Shown: in pieces, positions 13,783 through 26,200 of the stretch | Position numbering within the stretch: position 1 is the stretch's first letter | Layout of the letters: each line of letters begins with the position of its first letter | Position numbers and translations under genes: made by a program | The notes under the pieces: model-generated | The model's database searches: none | The model's input: the letters and a program-made list of their open reading frames with translations, nothing else | What the model was told of the DNA's origin: nothing | NCBI GenBank assembly: GCA_964035545.1 | Contig: OZ037773.1 | Location: 525,751 to 589,750 of the forward strand | Direction of reading: 5' to 3' | Length of the DNA: 64,000 bases | DNA from: Bugula neritina | Taxonomy: Eukaryota; Animalia; Bryozoa

Positions 13783-13989
13783 GTTGATATCTCTACAGTC
13801 AGAAGAGTTAGATTATAAATATTTAAAAAAAACAAACCTAAAACATAGTGCAACTGCAAAGATATTGGTAGAGATTGAGGATATTCAAATTGAAATCCAA
13901 CTCACCAAAATTTTCCTACTTCTAGTACAAGTCCGCTCGCTTCAGAATTTCGTCAATCTGATTTGCTAAAATGACAAGAAACTGCACTG

Positions 13990-14620
13990 AGTTCAAGTTG
14001 AAGTTGTGAGTCGGCCTGAATCTCAATCTCGTCGGACTACACTATTAGTATTAGTATTACTAAAACTTTGCGGCTGCGTAGTAAACTCTAAATTTCACTC
14101 CAGTTGCACGTGCTAGTTTTGACTTAGAGCAACATGTTAGTAGATCAGAGTTTGCGCCGGGTTAGTTGCATAATATAATGATTAACTGCTCACCAACTCA
14201 AACTGCCTGTAGGCGTAGCGAAGCCAGGGTTTATTCCGATCGCCTGCAACAACGGTGACTGCAGTGGTTGTAATTATAACACCAGCATTACGCTCATACT
14301 ACATTTACAACTTTCAGTAATCGTTGTGAATAATAATCTTTTCTGATTGGCTAAGTGAGCCATTAATGAGTAATGACTACGCGGTGCTATTATTATCGCA
14401 TTCTATCCATGTCTACCTTACATTATTGTGCCTCGCAGTATGACGCACAGCCGTAACCCATGCGCCGCCATTACTTGACGTTAACACGGGCTGTATACAA
14501 GTTTCTCGCTATCATTAAAACACATTTAGAAATCGTGGCATTTTAATTATAATACATGGTGTAGTCGCCGATGGCAACAATCAATAGCATCGAGCACGGG
14601 CTTCGGTGTATAAAGAGGAC
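13990..14620 (-). promoter_or_regulatory. Likely IRF2BP promoter/5' region
   Basis: Locally CpG-rich stretch upstream of the ATG. Contains a CCAAT box (ctgattggct, about 14343), CRE half-sites (tgacg at about 14441 and 14476) and a YY1-like cgccgccat (about 14464). TSS not determinable. Confidence 0.5.
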
Positions 14621-15082
14621 AACTTCAAAGTTATTTTTCTTGGATAAGTTAGGGTATCAAAATCTTGGCATAAAAAAGCTTGCCAGTTGATATTTCAATA
14701 TGAGAGTATTATAGCTATAGTGTCGTTTTGTGACGATTTGTATTGTTTACACATGTCAGTACTAATTGGTTATGAAGGTTTAAAATAATATGATAGTTAT
14801 ATTCACTATACTCTATAGTAATACAGCATAATACTATTATATTATGGGTCTTGAGAACTAGTCTGAGCAGAGAATGCATTATAGAAAATTAGGTGTTGTT
14901 ATTTGTCTTTTATTCCAGATAAAGAGAAAGATTGTCTCTTTAAGTGGAATTAGTGTTTGCACCAGAAAAACAAATATTAGCACAATAATATTCTACACTG
15001 TGAGATGCTGTATATACATTTATTATTTACATATTAGCAAAAAATAGACACACAGCTAAAATAAAAGCACAGAAAAATTTGA

Positions 15083-16764
15083 TTATTCCTCATCTGATGC
15101 ACAACAGCAGCAAAAAACCCTCTGCAAGAACTTCATTCGTCTTGTTGAATTGCCATTAGTGACCTCTAGCTCTTGCCACTATTTCTTCTACAACAGAGAG
15201 GGTTGTTAGAGTTGCTTACAGTACAGCATACATCAGGCAACAAAGGCCAATCATTATCTAACAACAGGGTACTGTTTAATCTTCAGATGCTAAAAAGAGG
15301 CCCAATATTAGCTTTATTTATCTATTTTGAACACTAACTCACTATCATTATATACATTAGTATTGACTTCCTCTCCAGCTTCTTTGACTTTGTTTCCTTC
15401 TACCAACTCAGATCTATTGACCATCTCCGTCATTTTATAGCTTTTCTTACTTTTCACAATTCCACTGAACTCTTCTTTCAGTGCTTTGTTATCACCAGTC
15501 ATGTTCCCAAAAATTTCTTTTTGTTCAGTGTTTGCTTTTTCAGCCCATTTTCTGGAAGTTCTTCCTTATTTATATTCTCAGTTTCTCTTTTGTTGTTTTC
15601 CATCTCATAAGGAGATCTTTCTCTACCATCTCATTAGCTATTTCTATCTTTCCTTTTATTTCTTTGTCATTAATTTGTTCATATTTCCCCCTTTTACCAA
15701 TTCAGTTTTCTCTATATGCTTGAAACTTCATCTTTATCTTCGACTCCTTTATTTTCATCAATTTCTCGTTGCATGGTTTTTTGGTTTTCAACAGGCCTAT
15801 TTTCTAATTTTGCTTTGTTTTCTTCCTTTGGTACTTCCGCCTCAACTCTACCTTCAGTCTTCTCTTTGAAACTAGCTTGTCCCCGTCACCACTTTCCTCA
15901 AACTTATGACTTTCTTTCTCCACTACATTTTTTCCGTGCCATCTCGGCCAGTTTGTGATTTGTCCTTCGAAAAATATTATTATAATTAGACTTGGCTTAT
16001 ATCTGCCTAGCTGAAGTTGCAAAGCTACATGTTTGCTTACAGTAACAACTTTTTATAGTTAAACCATGCAGCAAGAGAGAAGTGAAAGACTACTTTTAAA
16101 ACTATCTATAAAGTATTTTATTAGTAGATAGAAGAAGCAATTGTAGCTTAGTAGTTAAGGCCTATAAAGTTGACACACATCGTGGGGTTCATGCCCTAGT
16201 CATTGGTAATGTTGGCAAGAGCGTCTGGTCAGAGTAACTCCTGAGCTACAGTAGAAGCCCTCAGACTATCTAACCAGCATGGTTTGAGGCTTACCCAGCT
16301 TAAAAACTCTTCCAACAATGAAGGCTTTTCACAGGAATAGATACTTTTAAACAATTAAAAATGAGTTTTATTGAAAGATATGATTAATAAACTGTGGAAT
16401 ACTAAAACTCCATGACTTAGACTCAGGAGCTTACAAAAGTTCTGCCAATGTTGCTCTTCCTAATGCTACCAACGATTATTAAAAATCTCCAGCCCAATGC
16501 ATCATGCTGATTTGTTGCACCTATCTACTGAAACTAAGTTGTTTCTCAAATAACATTAAAATTAGATATTATAAGTATTACATGGTCATAGAAACCTATT
16601 GAGTTCAGTTATCTCACAAAATATACTTAAACTTACGAGTTCTCAACACTCTATACACTGCTCATCTTCCTAATCAACTAGTAGATGCAAAAAGGCAATA
16701 AAAATATGCATATCCTATGCAATAAAGGGATACTGAAATAAATAATTTAGCTTAGTACCTCCAT
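15083..16764 (-). pseudogene. Decayed multi-exon gene for a Glu/Lys-rich protein ending in a Cys cluster (or a lncRNA derived from it)
   Basis: caaaATGGAG|gtacta at 16764-16759. AG/GT-bounded exon-like blocks at 16637-16677, 16435-16527, about 15343-15964 and 15083-15187. The purine-rich block reads DKSQTGRDGTEK / NVVEKESHKFEESGDGDKLVSK / EKTEGRVEAEVPKEENKAKLENRPVENQKTMQREIDENKGVEDKDEV across frameshifts and stops. The last block reads ...NSTRRMKFLQRVFCCCCASDEE*. Confidence 0.55.
16141..16330 (+). mobile_element. Degenerate tRNA-derived SINE
   Basis: A-box-like tagcttagtagt (about 16144) and B-box-like ggttcatgccc (about 16186), followed by ggcaagagcgtctggtc, which resembles SINE central domains. 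Right boundary approximate. Confidence 0.4.
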
Positions 16765-17454
16765 TTTGTTTAACTTAATAAATCTGTTGATTGTGACAAT
16801 AGTTTGATTGTTGGGAAAAATGTACAAACAACCATAATAGGAAATTTACTGTCTTATTGTTGCAACTAACCTCTACATGTAATTTTGTATATATTTCTTA
16901 TATGTTATATATTTAATACTGCAATGATTGTTGCAATTGCCAAGGATATCATTTTTCTTTTACTTTAAGTAAGAAGTTGTGTTCTCTAAAAATAATATTG
17001 CCCAATGCTTAACTTTATGCTTTTGAGTTGCCACTCATAAAGAAAAGTGTATTTTATTGAAAACGTGTTGAATTTGCTCTAAATGTCAGAGCCTTGATAG
17101 AATATATATATATAAGATATTTTTTTATATAAACAATTATTTTGCATGAATACACACCAAAAATTGTATCTAAGCTTGCCAACATAATAGCTTCCTATAA
17201 GGTAATTAGTTCAATATGGATTCCATTTTTAGCATACTTTTGAAATGTATTATACTTATTTAAATTAAAATTTTTATGTATATATGAGCCTTGCATATAA
17301 AAAAGATGTTAAAATATCATAATATGTCATATTTTATAATAAATGTTTTATTGTTATATTATATCATGTCACATGCTTGTGCATGGGTCACAGCAGTTTC
17401 ATGCAAAACTACAAGAGTTGAATTCTGCCATATTTGCTTTTTGCCTGCTTCCAG

Positions 17455-18680
17455 AGTGGAGATATGTGAGTATAGTATAATAACCTAGATAGTACAGAGT
17501 AGAGAGTATAGTATAATAACCTAGATAGTACAGAGTAGAGAGTATAGTATAATAACCTAGATAGTACAGAGTAGAGAGTATAGTATAAAAACCTAGATAG
17601 TACAGAGTAGAGAGTATTGTATAATAACCTAGATAGTACAGAGTAGAGAGTATAGTATAATAACCTAGATAGTACAGAGTAGAGAGTATAGTATAATAAC
17701 CTAGATAGTACAGAGTAGAGAGTATAGTATAATAACCTAGATAGTACAGAGTAGAGAGTATAGTATAATAACCTAGATAGTACAGAGTAGAGAGTATAGT
17801 ATAATAACCTAGATAGTACAGAGTAGAGAGTATAGTATAATAACCTAGATAGTACAGAGTAGAGAGTATAGTATAATAACCTAGATAGTACAGAGTAGAG
17901 AGTATAGTATAATAACCTAGATAGTACAGAGTAGAGAGTATAGTATAATAACCTAGATAGTACAGAGTAGAGAGTATAGTATAATAACCTAGATAGTACA
18001 GAGTATAGAGTATAGTATAATAACCTAGATAGTACAGAGTAGTGAGTATAGTATAATAATCTAGATAGTACAGAGTAGAGAGTATAGTATAATAACCTAG
18101 ATAGTACAGAGTAGAGAGTATAGTATAATAACCTAGATAGTACAGAGTAGAGAGTATAGTATAATAACCTAGATAGTACAGAGTAGAGAGTATAGTATAA
18201 TAACCTAGATAGTACAGAGTAGAGAGTATAGTATAATAACCTAGATAGTACAGAGTAGAGAGTATAGTATAATAACCTAGATAGTACAGAGTAGAGAGTA
18301 TAGTATAATAACCTAGATAGTACAGAGTAGAGAGTATAGTATAATAACCTAGATAGTACAGAGTAGAGAGTATTGTATAATAACCTAGATGGTACAGAGT
18401 AGAGAGTATAGTACAATAACCTAGATAGTACAGAGTAGAGAGTATAGTATAATAACCTAGATAGTACAGAGTAGAGAGTATAGTATAAAAACCTAGATAG
18501 TACAGAGTAGAGAGTATAGTATAATAACCTAGATAGTACAGAGTAGAGAGTATAGTATAATAACCTAGATAGTACAGAGTAGAGAGTATAGTATAATAAC
18601 CTAGATAGTACAGAGTAGAAAGTATAGTATAATAACCTAGATAGTACAGTGTAGAGATAGGTGAGTATGGTATAATAACC
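17455..18680. repeat. 36-bp minisatellite (agagtagagagtatagtataataacctagatagtac)n
   Basis: About 33 highly homogeneous copies; accounts for the 335-aa ORF 17409-18416. Confidence 0.97.
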
Positions 18681-19657
18681 TTAAATTATTATTTTGTAGA
18701 AACATGCTGCTTGTGTATGCTATTGAGCCTGAGCCTTTTTCTGAAATATAATAAAAAGTTGTCTTCTCTCTACATAATACCCAAATTGTGGAGTCATCAC
18801 ATATATAGAGAGGACAACTTCTTAAACTTCCATATAGAAGCACATGACCCCCATACATGGACAAGGTGTAATATTCTATATCAAACACCATGCACTGTGA
18901 GAGATTCTGTGCCTATAGATTGTAGAAGTCATGATGGTCATGGTACCAGATACGGTCTAAGATTGTTGTCACAGTGTTTAATGCTAAATTACTAGACAAC
19001 TTTCAGGTAAGCATGTTATACAGAGTATGTTGTACACTGTATAATTGTATATAATGGTATATTGTATAGATAACTGCATATTATTGTATTATGTATATAC
19101 ATTGTATATTATAATGTATATTGCACACTGTATGTATATTGTATACTCTAAAGTTGTATATATTATATATTGAATATTATATTCTCACCTATTTCTGCTT
19201 TGTCCTGTTCGGGTAGCGGAATATTGAATATTATATACTGAATGTACTGTATATAGTGCATTGCATACTGTATATTATAGAACATATAATATATAAATTG
19301 GTATGTTCACTGTGTTGTATGCTGCATACTGTATATATTGTAGGTTGTATATCATAGACTTTTTGTAAAGAATTGAATTTTCAAAAGGCACCCGAATAGC
19401 TCTAAATCAGTTTTGCCAATATGCTAATATCGGAGGTACTTTTACCCTGCACTGGCCTACCAATAAAAGGTTTTGACTTGATAACTTCATCTAGTATAGA
19501 GAGTAATTCCACGCTACACAAGAGCTAGCATCTTATGCACACATCACATAATAAGGACTGTTTTGATGCCAACTTTTAGGTATATAACGTGTCTTTGTCT
19601 ATGGATACACAACAATTAGATTGAGGGGATCTCAGCAGGTGCCGTATACAGCTATGA

Positions 19658-20110
19658 AGGTGTCAACTTGTGTATCACCAGGTGTCAACTTGTGTATCAC
19701 CAGGTATCAACTTGTGTATCACCAGGTAGCAACTTGTATATATACCAGGTGTCAACTTGTGTATCACCAGGTGTCAACCTTGTGTATTACCAGGTAGCAA
19801 CTTGTGTATTACCAGGTAGCAACTTGTGTATATACCAGGTGTCAACTTGTGTATCACCAGGTGTCAACTTGTGTTTCACCAGGTAGCAACTTGTGTATCA
19901 CCAGGTGTCAACCTTGTGTATCACCAGGTGTCAACTTGTAAATCATCAGGTAGCAACTTGTGTATCACCAGGTAGCAACTTGTATATATATACCAGGTGT
20001 CAACTTGTGTATCACCAGGTATCAACTTGTGTATCACCAGGTAGCAACTTGTATATATACCAGGTGTCAACTTGTGTATCACCAGGTGTCAACTTGTATA
20101 TTACCAGGTA
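19658..20110. repeat. 22-bp minisatellite (caggtgtcaacttgtgtatcac)n
   Basis: About 20 copies. Confidence 0.95.
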
Positions 20111-23100
20111 ACAGGTAGTATATGAAAATTGTCATGAATGAAATGTGTGATAAACTACTCTTTTAAGCTGTGCAGTGTTAATGTGGACCATGTTGTACCT
20201 GAGTAACCTACCGAAGGTGCTAAGATTTGGACTACAAACGAGCTCAGACACTATGGATTAATGTGCGGAACAACAGTAGAGTTAGCTGCCGTCTGCTATA
20301 ACTGAAAATAAATCAGTTGGAAAACGCAGATCCTTGATTTGCCGGCAAAGCTCACAAACTAATGCAGGGAAATCAATAAATTATAGATTAGGTATACCGG
20401 AGATGATGTTTTGAAGTTATGGTTACAATGTTTAGGCTGAACAATCGCCTAGCGAAACTGATCCATTTGTTGTATGTTTGAACGATGCTAAATTACAATA
20501 AAATAATGAATTCTATGTATGCATTAATTATTGAGTTAGTTTGGTTAGCTGGCCGAATGCTTGCCCAACACTTGAATGCACATTAAATGTGAGAAAAGCT
20601 TTTACGGTAAAACAATAAAGAGAGAAAACTTTGGTCTAGATTACAGTCATTCAATAAAATTTATTTGCCGGCAAAATAACTATTATAATCAGTGTACATT
20701 GTGCAACCAACTATAGACTATAGAAACATGGCTGTACGTCATCTTTAACGGCTAGTAGAAGGATTGGTGGCTGTCAGTTGATCACCATCACCTACCTTAA
20801 AACCCACATGAAATGTTCTACTGCTTTTTTGTGAGGTTACAATGAGTGCAGTTCTGGACATATTATTATGTTCGATAAAAATAAATATGAACCTGATTTT
20901 CAAAACAATATGTTTAAAATTATGATTATCTTGGGTTGCTGGATTCCTACTAATACAAGCAGCAGCAGAGTTAATTTTTGATGATGTGAATTACAAGATT
21001 GACTCACTTCTCTGGGCACTAACAGCATAAATTAATGTGCAAATCAGTCGGCAAGTCTGTAGAAAAGCTGAAATACAAATTCTACTCTTGAAAATCGTTC
21101 AACAGATCTGCAACTTTTACCATATAGCACATGTGGACGCTACCAGGGTTCAAGTGGATCACGGCACATCTTCGAACTTTATGTTTTGAATCATTTCAGC
21201 TAATTAACCTCTGCACCAATATAATACTGTTTGTGCAAATGTACATCAAATTTCTAGGGTGGCTTTGTTTTAAATAATATGTTCAATGACTCAATTGATG
21301 CATCCACTCTCCCCCTTTTTACACATGGAGCACCAATGCTGGTATTGCGCATCCCGTTTCACTGGACACTGTAAATATTGCATTAGCCCTGAATGTGATA
21401 GGTTATTTACTCAGTGTCTGCTATATTTCTCCCTGCAGTGTTTCCCATATGCACCAGGTTTGTTTGTGCTCCATGGCGATGGGGAAATGCACACAAACAC
21501 GCGATAACACTGCATTTAGGCATTTCTACCTTAACTACTGTAACTATTCAAATAAGATCTAAGATATACTTCACATGAAGCACTCTTAGTACTAGTATAA
21601 TATATATAAGTTATAAAAGTGTTATATATATATACTCGTATTTCAAATTTAGACATAATTTTTCAAAGTATAATAATACTACAATATTTATTAACAGAGT
21701 TTATGTGATTATAATCTAAAGGACTGGTATATTATACATTCTGAGAGGCACACAAAGCCAATAATAGGGTATGTACAGTAGTGTCATCGATATAATCTGC
21801 TATTGTTGGTGATTATTTAAAGCTGGCTGATCTAACAGAAAGATTTACTTTTCGCCGAGTGCTCTTTCAGCCCTGACTCACTCAATTGTTGTGAAACATC
21901 ACAGAGTATAGCCACACAGTTGTGGCACATCACAGAATATAGCCACGGAGTTGTGGAAATTGCTGAACCTACAGGACAAGCTGTGACTGCCTCTTTCAGG
22001 TAAAGCATTGTGTCTGATTTACTCTATCAGATGACATCAACAGTCTTTAGACTTTACTTTATTTTAAGTATAACTTGACTTTGGAACTGGCACATGATTT
22101 CATAATTTATTATTATTTAACAGAAGTATATCAAATTATTAGTTATATATATAATATTATATTCTATCGACTATAGTACTTACTTAGTAGGCTACTATAT
22201 ACTATCTTATACATATTATAGTTTATATAGGCTAATATCATGGGTGACAGCAAGCACTTTGCTGTTGGTGTCACTTTAGGTGTGTCATTTATACTTAGTT
22301 TAGATTGGATAAGAGTCTGTACACGCTTACATATATAGTATAGTTGTATCATAGGTGCTATACTTAGCATCATAATCATATAACATGCTTTAGTGAAAAA
22401 ATTCACTTCAAGTTGACCAGTTGCATGCAGAACTTTTAAAGTTGAAGATATTATTATAAGTTTGATGTTTGCTATTTTAGAAATAAGTTATGTGATGCTA
22501 GTCTGAAAATCTGCTAAACTAGCAACTAGCTTCTATAAGCAAATAGCAACTAGCAACTAGCTTCTATAAGCAAATAGCAACTAGCAACTAGTAACTGGCA
22601 ACTAGCAACTAGTACAGCACTGCATTCAAATACTTTGTCAGCTATTATAAAGCAAGGTTATTCAGCATAAAACACCTTTATTCAAGTGAAATTAGAAACA
22701 GAATAATGTATTTTATGATGAAATAGAGCTATTGAGGGCAAAGGAGGAAGTTTTATGTAATTATTAGTGCATTAGGTTATTTCATAATCAAGGTTAGAGT
22801 TTGATTAGACATTACTCATCAGAAATATGGGTGTTATCATTATTGCCCTTAGTCACTGTGACTAGCAGTTTACACTCATCTAACATATTAGTGTCCATAG
22901 TTTTCATAAATTATCATTTGCTGATTCATTAAAATTTGTTTTTAAAAGATAATTTGTTGACTGAATCCTGGGAAAAGTTTAATCTTAATTTTGTTTTTAT
23001 TTTTTTGAGAAATCGTCTCACTAGCTCAAACACAGACTATACCTAAGGTCTATAATTACCTTCAAGGCCAAAGAGTATTAATCCCGGAGAGTGAGTACGC

Positions 23101-23189
23101 ATACGACAAAAACCATACCTAAATTTTGATTTTAGACCTTATGGCTTGACTAAAATTAGACTGGATAGTTGGAATGTTTTGTCTTTGAT

Positions 23190-23268
23190 GTGTGTCTTGA
23201 GTTTGTCTTGAGTGTGTCTTGAGTTTGTCTTGAGTTTGTCTTGAGTTTGTCTTGAGTTTGTCTTGAGT
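23190..23268. repeat. 10-bp tandem repeat (tgtcttgagt)n
   Basis: About 7-8 copies. Confidence 0.9.
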
Positions 23269-26200
23269 GCGATTCACTACTGTTGATTGCACATAGAAAT
23301 GTGTTCTGTATGGGTGGACTTGTTTGGGCAGGTTATGTAGCTGTGACAGTGAGATTTGAGCACTGAGTTCAGGGTGTATTGGCCAGTCTCCCAGGTTGTT
23401 GGCTCATAAAACAGAACATCCACAGGCTATGAGTTCAGTTTTTATTAGTTTCCAGGCTACAGTTTGAAGACTGTGTGAAATGAAAAACAATTGCTTTGTA
23501 ACTGACATAACTATTTGTAAGTGATTTGTTTTGAGGGGTTTAAATAGGTTAGGAACAGCAAGAAGGAAATTGTAATTTCTGCTAAATTCCTCATGCTCTA
23601 AGACATTTACATCACGGCATATTATAAAATTTTGATTTTATTTAGAAAACACTTCGTTGGCTGTAGGATTCAATAAATAAAAAACTTGCTCAAGATACAA
23701 AAAGGAATAAATAGAAAAAGACCTTGAAAATGCGTAACCTCGGGTCAGCACGAGACCTTTTTACATAAATCATTGAACTGTGTCTACCAAAAGAATCAAA
23801 CAATGCTGCCGAAATTATTGCATAACTCAAAGGTACCATCCATAATAATAATATTTAGATTGAGTTTTTGTGCTTGTCGGATATAGGTGATTGTTCAGAT
23901 ATCAATATTCAGATTTGCACCTTTAGTCCGTAATGATTCGTTGTGTATGTGCAGCGCACTGTACCGTGCCTACATTGATGCTAATAATATAATTGCAAGC
24001 TCCATATCAATTGGAATGTGGGTTACACCATTTCACGCATCAATGAACCCGTTGCGTAGTACCGGTGACGTCAATTATAAACATAATAATATAATGTTCG
24101 CATTAGAATATTCTCGCGCAGTACGTAGGCCTGCTGTAGATCATCGTCTGTAGAATTATACATTGTATTTCAGTATTGATCTACGAAATAATCAATATAC
24201 TAGCAAATGCCGAGAACAAAGTTGAAGTGTTACTGCACAGCCTCTATTATTTGCAGCATCGCTTATTTTAAGTACAGCTGTGTGACTAACAAACGTTAAT
24301 AAACATGGCATTCTTGTTGCTCTGTAGTTGCTCAGAAACTTAATCATACAAATTTTCAGCCTCATATTGAAAATTTGAATCAAAGGAATGTGGTAGATGT
24401 ACATCCTATTTGTAATTAGCAATTGATTCGTAATTTGACTACAATAGTATTAAAATATTACAGTATATTATTATTTATATAATATTATATATGACATTAT
24501 AAGTTGACTATTGGGTGAGGGGCTTAATGTAACCGGCATTGGTGATGTCAGGAAATCATCAAATCATAATTTCATCTGTGCTACAGCCCTAAGTCCCTGT
24601 AATAAATAGGCGAGGTGGGGGGGGGGGTTCTTTTAAGGGTGGAAATGTCAAGATAGCATGAGTTCAACAAGTATTGAGCATAACTGTTACCAGACTTTGT
24701 AAGTGAATCTTGTTTTACTCTGGTGTACTGTCTAGAAAACCAGTAATACCTCATATGTCTTGGTTTATATACAGGCTGCTTAGTGTACTATAGTGGTCCC
24801 TAACAAACCAAAGAGGTGGGTCAAGCTGGGGCACTGCTGGGTTCATTCGCTATGAACAATTCTCAGCTCTATAGTGGCATGTGGTGATACAGCAGAATTT
24901 TTATGACTGTGTGAAATAACCACACATCCTTGAGAGTAAACCTTTCCTAAGTTACACAGCAGCAGCAACAGCAGCATTAATCCCTTAATTTTACTCTCTT
25001 GCATAATATTTAAAACAATTAATACGGTGTATACAGAGTGTCTATATATTATTATGAGTAGTTTTCACATTGAAGAATATAACGTAGCAAACTAAAGTGG
25101 AATTTTTGTATACTGAGTACAATTATGGTAAATTATTAAAATTACCCTTACCTAGCCATAATTAGAACTAACCTTATGCGATTTTCAACTGAGCTTTGTG
25201 ATCTGGCGTACACACATAGCTATCAGTTGGTATGTTACAGTATATATACTGCAGGCTCACTTGAAAGTATATTTTTACTGCAACGTTGTGCAGTTATTAC
25301 GCTGCGTTAGGTAATATCTAAAGTCTAAAGGCTGTTGAACCAAATTGCTACACAATTTCTTTTCCAAAGATTTAATTAATAAACTGGCAATCTAGCTTAG
25401 CCAACACTTGGTTAGTAATATAGTATTAGAGAGACAGCTGTTGGTAGAAGCAGGTTAGATTCGGAGTTATTAGTGAGTATATGCTTGTTTAGTATAATAG
25501 ATAGAGGGAATTTATGTAGAGTGTAGGTTTACATAGAAGGGGTTGTTTGAAGTTTTAGTGTTATACTGTCAAAATATACTGTCTGTCTGTTACTATTATT
25601 ATTGCCATGGTTACTATTACCATAATTACTATTACTACAGTTATTATATTACTATATTCACTATTAGTATAGTCACTATTACTAAAGTTAATATTACTAG
25701 TAGACAGTAGTTACTATCATTATTAGTCACTATTGCTAGAATGTTGCTATTGCTAGTGTAGTCCCTATTGCTAGAACTATTGCTATAGTTACTATTACTA
25801 CAGTTACTATTACTACTGTCACTATATTACTATAGTAGCTAGTAGCTACTATTACTATAGCTATACTATTACTATATATATTGACCATTACAATAATCAC
25901 TATTGCTACAATCACGACGGTAGAATGTCTCCTGCTTTTAAGAAAAGACACTTTCAAGGAGTGAAACACTGCATAGCCTTGCCGTGATCTTTATGTAACC
26001 TTTTTGGTACTTCATTGGCTAGTCAACTCAGCTTTGGTTTTACTGGACTTTTTAAAGTAGAGTTTTTCTCAACTCCTACAATCAGCGAAATTACGTGTAG
26101 ATATTTGAGATTTAACCTGAATTCCTGAGTTAATTCTCTATATCTGCACCTAATTCTTCTGTAACTACATCAAACTCAGACTATATATTACCTAATTCTT

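Noticed and set aside
13301-13969. Plus-strand ORFs 13301-13630 and 13631-13969
   Set aside because: Antisense shadows of IRF2BP exon 1 with no independent coding features.
15481-15958. Phe/Leu-rich plus-strand ORFs resembling membrane proteins
   Set aside because: Complement of the purine-rich minus-strand pseudo-exon.
17409-18416. 335-aa ORF, or a CRISPR-like 36-bp repeat
   Set aside because: Head-to-tail tandem units with no unique spacers, no cas genes and a eukaryotic context. The ORF is a repeat artefact.
20160-21530. Higher-complexity stretch with two tttgccggcaaa palindromes (about 20338 and 20664) and ORF 21286-21507
   Set aside because: No TIR/TSD pair, recognisable protein motif or phase-consistent exons found. 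Possibly old TE debris.
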